Positions 1-7,084 of a DNA stretch of 13,163 nucleotides are shown here, one piece after another. Each line of letters begins with the position of its first letter. Positions within the stretch are counted from its first letter, which is position 1. Both the position numbers and the translations under genes were made by a program. A model generated the notes under the pieces. That model was given only the letters and a program-made list of their open reading frames with translations. It had not been told where the DNA came from and made no database searches. Source of the DNA: a virus. Its lineage: Duplodnaviria; Heunggongvirae; Uroviricota; Caudoviricetes. The DNA is taken from the IMG/VR virus record IMGVR_UViG_2526164663_000038; one strand, 5' to 3'.

Positions 1-468
1 ATGCCAGATCAAAAAGAAAGTGAGAACACCAAACTCACTTGTGAAGAACAAAAGGATAATGAACTGGTTTCTCGAGTAATCGAAAATCCAGAGGTCTTAA
101 ACAGGGTTTTGGATAGTCCGCAGGTGCGGGCTATTGTTTGCCAGCATTTTCAGGGGCCTGTTCCGCCACCTTCAATGCTTAAAAAGTATGATCAACTGGT
201 GCCTGGGCTTGCAAATCGACTTGTTGAGTTGACCGAAAAAGAGCAGGCTCATCGCCATAAAACAGTGGCTGATAGCATTGATATTGCCAGAGATGGTCAA
301 ACAAAGGCTTTTTGGTTGGCAATATTGATCATCTTAGCTGCCACTGTCTTTGGCGTCATGGGGGAGACAGTTCTTGCCGGAACTCTCGTTTCAATAGATC
401 TTGTTGCATTGGTTACGGCATTTATTGTTGGAAAACATTATTCTAAGCAGGAACCTGATCAAGATTAG
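1..468 (+). CDS. DUF2335-like small membrane protein (155 aa)
   Basis: ORF starts at window position 1, so the true start may lie upstream. GPVPPP and EKEQAHRH motifs recalled as typical of DUF2335; two C-terminal hydrophobic helices; terminator 9 nt after stop. Confidence 0.55.
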   Translation: MPDQKESENTKLTCEEQKDNELVSRVIENPEVLNRVLDSPQVRAIVCQHFQGPVPPPSMLKKYDQLVPGLANRLVELTEKEQAHRHKTVADSIDIARDGQTKAFWLAILIILAATVFGVMGETVLAGTLVSIDLVALVTAFIVGKHYSKQEPDQD

Positions 469-476
469 TCTCCGAA

Positions 477-499
477 CCCCGGTTGATGCCGGGGTTTTT
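477..499 (+). terminator. Rho-independent terminator
   Basis: CCCCGG-ttgatg-CCGGGG hairpin followed by TTTTT. Confidence 0.6.
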
Positions 500-544
500 A
501 CACTAGCAAAGCAATATCAACATTTTTCAGCTGCATTTATTTCG

Positions 545-1663
545 TCAAACAACCAATTTAACCCATTCCTGACCACGAGTATCGTTATAACGATCGGTGG
601 TTGCCTGGACTTTATGTCCCAGTAATGTTTTTGTATCAATACCCTGCGTGCGGTACAGTCGTTCTGACAGGGAGCGTTGTTCATGAAATGTTGGCGGAGT
701 TTTTCCTGCTGGTGGAGTTATCCCAGCCAGATCCCGTGCTTTGGCAAAGTAGTCGCTCAGGTTGTCTTTACTCATCGGCTTTGGTTGTTTCTGGTGCCGA
801 CTATGGATTAGATATGGACTTAATATTCTGTCTCGGCACCCATCAATAACTTCTTTTAACGTTATCCCAATGGCATCACAGCGTAGTGTAAGCGGTAACG
901 CCAGACGCATTCCGGTTTTTCCCTGGGTGATATGCAAGTGTTCGTTCCACACATCTGAAAAACGCATGTGGCAAATGTCATCACGGCGCTGACCAGTAAC
1001 AATCGCAAGAAGCATTGCGTTACGGATAAAGTGTTTTTCAGGCGTTGCGTTGTAAATTTTTTGCCAGTCTTCCAGGGTGAGCCTGGCTCTAGTTACTTTA
1101 GGGATCGGTTTACGGGTAGCCTCCGGAGGATTCCATCCAGGAGGAACTTCCCCTGCATGCTGTGCTTCTTTATAAATATCAACCCATAATCCACGATTTA
1201 CTCTCGCTGTGCTGACCATGTCTTTATCCAGCCACTCATCCAGTATTAATGCAAAGTCTCTTACTTCCAGTTCTTTCAATGGGTGGTTTCCCAGACGGGA
1301 AACCAGGTATGCAGCCATTCGGGCTTTTTCTTTGTGAGTTGTAGCTGCAATATCTCCATTTTTCAGTCGCGTGTCCTGTATTTTCAGATATCGATCAACC
1401 CATGCCTTTAATCTGATACCCCGACGCTTTGTTGCTGACGGACTTTCATCAATTTTGCGCATGAAATATTCAGCCTCTGCTGCAGCTATTCGCTGATTGG
1501 CTGTGGAAGCGATTTTTTCTGCCTTACCTTTGTCTGTTCCGAGCCCGTGAAATTTTCCAGTCACAGGGTTTTTATACTGGTAGTAAACTCTGCCAGTTCT
1601 GCGATCAAATTTTTCGTAAAGTCCGGCTACGTCAGTGCTGTTTTTTCGTGGCCTCGGTGACAT
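545..1663 (-). CDS. int: Tyrosine site-specific integrase, lambda Int family (372 aa)
   Basis: N-terminal pattern LYEKFDRRTGRVYYQYKNPVTGKFHGLGTDK parallels lambda Int NLYIRNNGYYCYRDPRTGKEFGLGRDR; C-terminal catalytic region with LLGHK and Tyr in TDRY; 5' end overlaps the xis ORF as in lambda. Confidence 0.9.
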   Translation of the reverse strand: MSPRPRKNSTDVAGLYEKFDRRTGRVYYQYKNPVTGKFHGLGTDKGKAEKIASTANQRIAAAEAEYFMRKIDESPSATKRRGIRLKAWVDRYLKIQDTRLKNGDIAATTHKEKARMAAYLVSRLGNHPLKELEVRDFALILDEWLDKDMVSTARVNRGLWVDIYKEAQHAGEVPPGWNPPEATRKPIPKVTRARLTLEDWQKIYNATPEKHFIRNAMLLAIVTGQRRDDICHMRFSDVWNEHLHITQGKTGMRLALPLTLRCDAIGITLKEVIDGCRDRILSPYLIHSRHQKQPKPMSKDNLSDYFAKARDLAGITPPAGKTPPTFHEQRSLSERLYRTQGIDTKTLLGHKVQATTDRYNDTRGQEWVKLVV

Positions 1664-1901
1664 GAGTTAAAATCTCCTTCAGTGCATCATCATCGCCAGT
1701 ATGAATTTCCGGCGCAATTCCTGTTTCACCAGGTCCAACAAATACTGCTCGGCGATCTATCAGCCAACGCCCACGAATTTTTTGTGGTCTTGGAACGATG
1801 TATCCTAGTTTTCCGTATTTCACCAGGGTAGTGTTTGTTATTGGGAGACTGAACCGTTTTGGTTTCCACTCGTCGAGCGTTATCAGGTACTGTTCGCTCA
1901 T
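1632..1901 (-). CDS. xis: Excisionase (Xis-like), about 89 aa
   Basis: YLITLDEW...PRPQKIRGRWLI resembles lambda Xis YLTLQEW; ATG at 1901 has GGAG 8 nt upstream (the track ORF uses GTG at 1910); overlaps int start. Confidence 0.75.
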   Translation of the reverse strand: MSEQYLITLDEWKPKRFSLPITNTTLVKYGKLGYIVPRPQKIRGRWLIDRRAVFVGPGETGIAPEIHTGDDDALKEILTHVTEATKKQH

Positions 1902-1962
1902 GGCTATCACTCCGGAACGCGCCAGTTGCAGAATATCAACGACAACTGGCGGCGGTTGAACA

Positions 1963-2504
1963 TTAAAAATCAGCCTGACTCGGGATCAGTTTTTGCCAGA
2001 TAACTGAAACGTATTTTGCCTGGTAACGGGCGTCATCAAGTGCATTATGGCGCTCACCTTCGAATGGAATAGCCGTTCTGGCATCGAAGTCTATGGCTTT
2101 CCCCAGCTCAACGATTGTGCGTACATCGCGATCGTTGTAGTAACGCCACGGGCAGGGGATCCCCTGCCGTTCGTATGAACGGCGCAAAATCGTGTTGTCG
2201 AAGTTGGCTCCATTTCCCCAGACCTGAACAAAAAATTCACCGGAGTTTTCGTCGATAAATTCCCGCAATTGTAACAGTGCATCATCTAACGGGATTTCAT
2301 CGGTCATAATGGCAGATTGCGCTTCGCGTGATTGCTTAAGCCACCATTTAATGGTGTCCCGATCAATGACTCCGCCAGCAGTTTCCAGATCGATAGTCTT
2401 ACTAAATTCCGGTCCCATATCTCCGGTTTGCGGATCGAAAAATATTGCACCTATTGAGATGATCGGGGCATCAGGATTTTTCCCATGGTTTCAAGGTCGA
2501 TCAT
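1963..2504 (-). pseudogene. DEDDh (DnaQ-like) 3'-5' exonuclease domain, split by a -1 frame junction
   Basis: Exo I motif MIDLETMGK (ATG 2504) is in the frame of the upstream 366-aa ORF; the remainder (PDAPIISIGAIFFD..., Exo II FDNTIL, Exo III HNALDDARY) is the ORF 1963..2418 in the -1 frame; junction at GGGAAAA, plus 2478-2484. Confidence 0.7.
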
Positions 2505-3598
2505 TAGATGGTCACACGTCCTGCTGGTGGATGTGATTTCTTGATGACCGTTCACCTTAATTGGGTGATCTGCCGTCTCGCCAGTTTCATTATCGCTATC
2601 GTGATGCTGATTGCCGCCAGTGTTCTCCTTGTGTGGATGTTCAGCGCCTTCCATTTCCTCCGGATCATCTTCCTGAACTTCAACCTGATACTCTTCATCG
2701 AATGTTTCCTGGTATGTAGCGTCGCCCATCACCGCGCCACAATCAGGGCAGTTGCCGCCGCCGGTCTGACCGCAGGCGGTGCAGACTTTTTCCACTTCCT
2801 GTTGCACTACTGGTTCAGGTAGTTTCGTTTCTGGCTCGTTTTGTTGCGTATTTGGGCTGTTTTGTTCCGCTTTCTGGTCGTTCTGTTCCGTTTCTTGCTG
2901 GTTCTGGTTCACAGAATCGCGGGTTTCAATCCCCTTCACCCATTTCGGATCATTCGGGTCGCTAATCCCTGCAACAAATTCACCACGTGATGCGGCGAGC
3001 AACTGATTGGCGTCAGGCTGGCTGATATTGGCTGCCTGCATAATTTTCTTTACTTCGTCAGCGGTAACTTTTACCGGTTCTGGTTGTTCAGAATTTTGTG
3101 CGGTATTTGCATTTTGCGGTAAACCTGTGTATGTGCCATTTTTTCGGGCGAAATATTCTTCTTTCGTGATTTCAGTAGCCCCTGCAGCCAGTGCCTTATC
3201 CAGACCAGAAAGTTTGTTTGCGCGACCGTATTTTTCGCTATCCTTGTCGGTGAAGAGGAAGTAGAACGGCCCTTCACGCTCTACAGATGGTTCGACTTCC
3301 ACTTTGCATTCGGTTTTTTCGTTGTCCGGAATTGCCGTTTCCACTGCATCAGTTTCTGGTACTGGCGACGAGAGAGTATCAGTTGCGCTCTGATTTCTTC
3401 CTTCATCTTCAAACACGCCCTTTGTAGTCAGGTATTCAGTAATGTATTTGTTCAGTGCCACAGGGTCTTTGTGAATGTCGATCGGACGTTCACGGACAAG
3501 GCCAAAAATAGTCTGGCGGTCGTAGCGAAGGGCATCAGGCTGTTTGCGCATTGATGCCGAGATACGCTTCCAGTCTTCGCGGTCGTTGTCGATAACTT
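2451..3598 (-). pseudogene. Central segment of the large early-left gene: acidic, Gln/Glu/Asn-rich low complexity with CxxC-x7-CxxC zinc ribbon
   Basis: This frame is open from the slip site at 3599-3605 to 2451 and reads straight into MIDLETMG; motif CTACGQTGGGNCPDC; protein-like composition. Confidence 0.6.
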
Positions 3599-4142
3599 CT
3601 TTTTTGCCCAGCGATGGATGCTGCCGTCAATGTTTCCGGCATCCACATCACCAGGCCAGAGAGCGTAGGCCAGTTCGTCATCCAGTGTTTTCCATGTCTG
3701 CTTGTATTCGCGATGAGTGGCAGCAATGACCGGGCTGATTTTTCCTGTTGAATTTTCAGTGTTCTGTTGATTGGCTCTGGCGCGGGCGAGATCAACAACA
3801 GACGTGTATTTTCCGGTTTCCTTGCGTTCACCTTCGCGACGTTTTTTCCAGATGCGCATCTCTGCCTGAATTTCGGGCCATTTGGCACCAGGCTTACATT
3901 TATGCTTAACCCACCCGATGGCATGCAGCTTAAGCTCCGGATACATGGCGTTAACTTCTGGCATTTTCATCAACGCTTCAACGATATGTCCGTCGAATGT
4001 TGCCATGTCTTCCTGCAACAATTCCTGCGCGCTAATCACCATATCAACGGTGATGTTTTCACATGTGTCGAACTTAACCATGACAGCGTTCTGTACTTCA
4101 GGGGCCAGCTTGTCAAAAGTGACGTTCATCGGATCTGATTCA
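3599..4142 (-). pseudogene. Middle segment of the large early-left gene, from the IS junction to the slip site (possibly ydfE-like)
   Basis: Continues the frame of the 5414..5703 fragment once the IS and one TSD copy are removed (..PVET|ESDPMNVTFDKL..); the track ORF 3452..4168 begins with a GTG inside the IS end and runs out of frame after 3599. Confidence 0.6.
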
Positions 4143-5410
4143 TGAGGTAGCCTGAGTTTAACGGACACTCCTTCCTGAAATAGAATGGCATCAGAAGGAG
4201 CTAATAATGAGCAGAAAAACCCAACGTTACTCTAAAGAGTTCAAAGCCGAAGCTGTCAGAACGGTTCTTGAAAATCAACTTTCGATCAGTGAAGGCGCTT
4301 CCCGATTATCTCTTCCTGAAGGCACTTTAGGACAATGGGTTACCGCCGCCAGAAAAGGGCTCGGTACTCCTGGTTCCCGCACGGTGGCTGAACTGGAATC
4401 TGAAATTCTGCAACTGCGTAAGGCGTTAAATGAAGCTCGCCTTGAGCGAGTCGGAGATATTAAAAAAAGCAACAGCGTATTTTGCACAGGAGTCGCTGAA
4501 AAATACGCGTTAATCGAACAATGGCGACAACAATTTCCCATTGAAGCGATGTGTCAGGTATTTGGTGTATCCAGGAGCGGTTATTACAACTGGGTACAGC
4601 ATGAACCCTCAGACAGAAAACAAAGTGATGAGCGGCTAAAACTGGAGATTAAGGTGGCACATATCCGCACTCGCGAAACATATGGAACCCGGCGGCTCCA
4701 GACGGAGCTGGCAGAGAATGGCATCATCGTTGGTCGTGACCGACTGGCACGTCTTCGTAAGGAGCTAAGGCTACGCTGTAAGCAGAAACGCAAGTTCAGA
4801 GCGACTACGAACTCGAACCACAATCTGCCAGTTGCGCCAAATCTGCTGAACCAGACGTTCGCTCCTACAGCACCAAATCAGGTCTGGGTGGCGGACCTGA
4901 CGTATGTTGCCACACAGGAGGGATGGTTGTACCTCGCTGGCATCAAAGATGTTTATACGTGCGAAATTGTCGGCTACGCCATGGGAGAGCGCATGACAAA
5001 AGAGCTGACAGGTAAAGCTCTGTTTATGGCGCTCAGGAGCCAGCGCCCACCTGCCGGGCTAATCCACCACTCTGATCGAGGTTCACAGTACTGCGCATAC
5101 GATTACCGGGTCATACAGGAGCAGTTTGGTCTGAAAACATCAATGTCGCGTAAAGGTAACTGTTACGACAACGCTCCGATGGAAAGCTTCTGGGGAACGC
5201 TGAAAAATGAGAGCCTGAGCCACTATCGTTTTAATAACCGGGATGAAGCCATCTCAGTAATACGGGAATACATTGAGATTTTCTACAATCGTCAGCGTCG
5301 TCACTCTCGTCTGGGGAATATCTCCCCGGCAGCCTTCAGGGAAAAATATCATCAGATGGCTGCTTAAAAAAAGAACAAATGGTAGTGTCCGCTATTGCCA
5401 GTACACCTCA
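4143..5410 (+). mobile_element. IS3-family insertion sequence (IS600-like), 1268 bp
   Basis: Imperfect terminal inverted repeats TGAGGT...GGACAC (4143-4170) and its complement (5381-5410); flanking 3-bp direct repeat TCA at 4140-4142 and 5411-5413; DDE transposase inside. Confidence 0.85.
4207..5367 (+). CDS. IS3-family transposase, OrfA and OrfB fused in one frame (386 aa)
   Basis: N-terminal HTH and leucine zipper (LESEILQLRKALNEARLE); DDE catalytic region (VWVADLTYV, HHSDRGSQY, ESFWGTLKNE); N-terminus MSRKTQRYSKEFKAEAV matches my recollection of IS600 OrfA; SD GGAG upstream. Confidence 0.85.
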   Translation: MSRKTQRYSKEFKAEAVRTVLENQLSISEGASRLSLPEGTLGQWVTAARKGLGTPGSRTVAELESEILQLRKALNEARLERVGDIKKSNSVFCTGVAEKYALIEQWRQQFPIEAMCQVFGVSRSGYYNWVQHEPSDRKQSDERLKLEIKVAHIRTRETYGTRRLQTELAENGIIVGRDRLARLRKELRLRCKQKRKFRATTNSNHNLPVAPNLLNQTFAPTAPNQVWVADLTYVATQEGWLYLAGIKDVYTCEIVGYAMGERMTKELTGKALFMALRSQRPPAGLIHHSDRGSQYCAYDYRVIQEQFGLKTSMSRKGNCYDNAPMESFWGTLKNESLSHYRFNNRDEAISVIREYIEIFYNRQRRHSRLGNISPAAFREKYHQMAA

Positions 5411-5413
5411 TCA

Positions 5414-5703
5414 GTCTCAACCGGGACAAAGGAAGCAGACTCCTCATCCCAGCGGTTTTCCTGCATATATTCAGCATCCCAGGAATCGAGGGCAGGGCGG
5501 GGTATACCGGGTTTATCCTCGCAAACAAGAAATTTATAAGCGCAGTCCTGAGCAGCCGGATAATGTTCCAGGAATTGCCAGTGAAATTTTGCGCGGGCGC
5601 GACGTTCATCACCGGCTTCAATGGCAGTGGCTACAGCGACGGCACCTTCTTCCTTTATTGCCTGTTCGTCCGGAATGGCGGCGCAAATAAAGACTTTACT
5701 CAT
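5414..5703 (-). pseudogene. N-terminal fragment (97 codons) of the large early-left gene, truncated by the IS insertion
   Basis: ATG at 5703 with GAGG upstream; frame runs into the IS right end and resumes at 4142 after virtual excision. Confidence 0.6.
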
Positions 5704-5795
5704 TTTGTTTTAACCTCATTACAGATTTCAGGGTGAACGAATCCCTGCCATTGCTGGCATTTTTAATCCGTTGGTATGCGTTATATGGCTGCGGG

Positions 5796-5984
5796 TTATC
5801 CAGCCGGTATTTCGTTATTCAGGTTCAGCGATACTTTTTTTAACGGGAGGCATTCACCGGGGATTTTTTGTTCGTCCCTTACCTGAATGCAGGATGACTT
5901 ACTGTCATAAATTCCGGTAATCACATTTTGTGGCTCACCCGTTATAAGAAAAACGGTCATCACCAGTGCAAATGCTGAAGTCAC
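5796..5984 (-). CDS. ydfD: YdfD-like small membrane protein (62 aa)
   Basis: GTG start overlapping dicB stop (GTGA), GGAG 7 nt upstream; hydrophobic N-terminus SAFALVMTVFLITGEP and C-terminal EQKIPG...EIPAG pattern recalled for Qin YdfD. Confidence 0.6.
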   Translation of the reverse strand: MTSAFALVMTVFLITGEPQNVITGIYDSKSSCIQVRDEQKIPGECLPLKKVSLNLNNEIPAG

Positions 5985-6169
5985 TGCTGTTCTCCGATAA
6001 TACCAAGTTCAAGAAGGGCAATTCTGGAAAGTATGGAATTATCATTGAGAAGATAAGGTTCATATTTCCTCATCTTAATGGCATCTTCAGTAAACTCCCG
6101 GTTACTGAGCAGAACACCAATATCAAAACAACCTTCAGACGTATTAACGTTTGGTAATAACGTTTCCAT
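5981..6169 (-). CDS. dicB: Cell division inhibitor DicB homolog (62 aa)
   Basis: ATG at 6169 preceded by GAGGA; N-terminal half METLLPNVNTSEGCFDIGV...FTEDAI matches my recollection of E. coli DicB, C-terminal half differs; the track ORF start at 6274 is an upstream in-frame extension. Confidence 0.8.
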   Translation of the reverse strand: METLLPNVNTSEGCFDIGVLLSNREFTEDAIKMRKYEPYLLNDNSILSRIALLELGIIGEQQ

Positions 6170-6343
6170 TATCGCGTCCTCAACAATGAATTTTGTGATG
6201 CAGTGCCTGGTGCCTCCAGGTGACGTTAACCAGTTAACAATTAACGCCGGATACAGAGAATCCACCCATAACACTGTTTTTGGTTTTAACTGTTCCGCGT
6301 GCGCTCAGCCGCATTCACCGCATCACAAAATTCACTTTAAAAA

Positions 6344-6396
6344 GGGCGGCAGAGCAGTCACGGAGTAAAACTGATACCGCCAAACGTCACCAGAAA
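6344..6396 (-). ncRNA. dicF: DicF small regulatory RNA
   Basis: Minus strand reads TTTCTGGTGACGTTTGGCGGTATCAGTTTTACTCCGTGACTGCTCTGCCGCCC followed by TTTTT, matching the 53-nt DicF sequence as I recall it; sits just upstream of dicB as in Qin. Confidence 0.9.
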
Positions 6397-6657
6397 ATTG
6401 ATAACAGAGGGCGTTGCAGCGGGGTTGTCACTTAAGCGTATGGTCAACCTGACAACCCGGTGTCCTCAATGGGGAAGGAATAACCCCGCCATACTTACCG
6501 CCGCGCCATTTCGCGGATTGCCACAACCAGAAGCGCACGGTCGAAGAAATTTAACGACAAGACTTATATGCAAAGGGATCTCGCCGTGCGCTTTCGTGTT
6601 ATGCCCTGACTTTTCAGGGTAAATTAACCTGTGGAAACCTGTTTTTACTGGCGCTAA

Positions 6658-6810
6658 TCAGTTAGCGTTTCTTGCTAACCAGCGATGCGCGCCAGCTTCG
6701 GTTTTAAACGTTTTACTTCTGGTATACGTCATCGCGGTAAACGTGCCGTCGTGGTTGGGGAATACTCCGCACACCAGAGATTCATTGTTGCCAAGATTGA
6801 GCATATCCAT
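6658..6810 (-). CDS. Small early protein (50 aa), possibly YdfA/YdaF-like; first gene downstream of PL
   Basis: Not in the supplied track (under 60 aa). ATG at 6810 with GAGG 5 nt upstream; translation MDMLNLGNNESLVCGVFPNHDGTFTAMTYTRSKTFKTEAGAHRWLARNAN; position matches ydfA in the dicB operon. Confidence 0.5.
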   Translation of the reverse strand: MDMLNLGNNESLVCGVFPNHDGTFTAMTYTRSKTFKTEAGAHRWLARNAN

Positions 6811-6986
6811 GTTGACCTCATTTACCCTTAACGCCGGGTCGCGGAACTAAAAACCTGCTGCGCTGTTATACAAAGTGTTCCCGCCGTCATGTTCATACGC
6901 CTCGGGCTGGCTACTTAACCCCTGACCACTGCCGGGTAACTCGAGGTATTGCCCGACGTTCTGTGGGGCGAGGTAGGGTGGTATGT

Positions 6987-7035
6987 AATAAATCTAAAAG
7001 TATTTAGTTTTTCAGTCAAGATAAATCTAGATTAA
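6987..7035 (-). promoter_or_regulatory. Leftward early promoter PL with operator sites (OL)
   Basis: On the minus strand TTGACT (7019-7014), 17-nt spacer, TAGATT (6996-6991); overlapping operator-like inverted repeats AATCTA-N8-TAGTTT (6991-7010), AGTCAA-N8-TAGATT (7014-7033) and perfect palindrome AATCTAGATT (7024-7033). Confidence 0.55.
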
Positions 7036-7038
7036 TTT

Positions 7039-7063
7039 AAAAAAAAGGTCGGCATTGCCGACC
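7039..7063 (-). terminator. Rho-independent terminator of the repressor gene
   Basis: GGTCGGC-att-GCCGACC hairpin followed on the minus strand by a run of eight U; lies 22 nt downstream of the repressor stop. Confidence 0.7.
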
Positions 7064-7084
7064 TCAAGTAAAGGACGTGGCGGG

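Noticed and set aside
1963-2504. Two IDLET motifs (MIDLETMG and TIDLETAGG) suggesting an internal duplication of the exonuclease domain
   Set aside because: Only the first aligns with the Exo I position; the second lies in the insertion between Exo I and Exo II and is followed by a single set of Exo II and Exo III motifs, so this is one domain.
2508-3264. Plus-strand ORFs (104, 75 and 85 aa) antisense to the large minus-strand gene
   Set aside because: Cys/Phe/Ser-rich low-complexity translations typical of antisense reading of a Glu/Gln-rich gene; no RBS; the minus-strand frame is long and protein-like.
3535-3924. 129-aa minus-strand ORF overlapping the middle segment in another frame
   Set aside because: Fully embedded in a longer frame that is continuous with the flanking segments; no independent start signals.
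5966-6622. Plus-strand ORFs of 63, 96 and 74 aa across the dicB-DicF region
   Set aside because: The opposite strand carries DicF and dicB with good RBS; the plus ORFs lack SD sequences and would be antisense to the sRNA.
7039-7063. Hairpin considered as a plus-strand or bidirectional terminator
   Set aside because: The U-tract is present only on the minus-strand transcript; on the plus strand the hairpin is preceded, not followed, by the A/T run.
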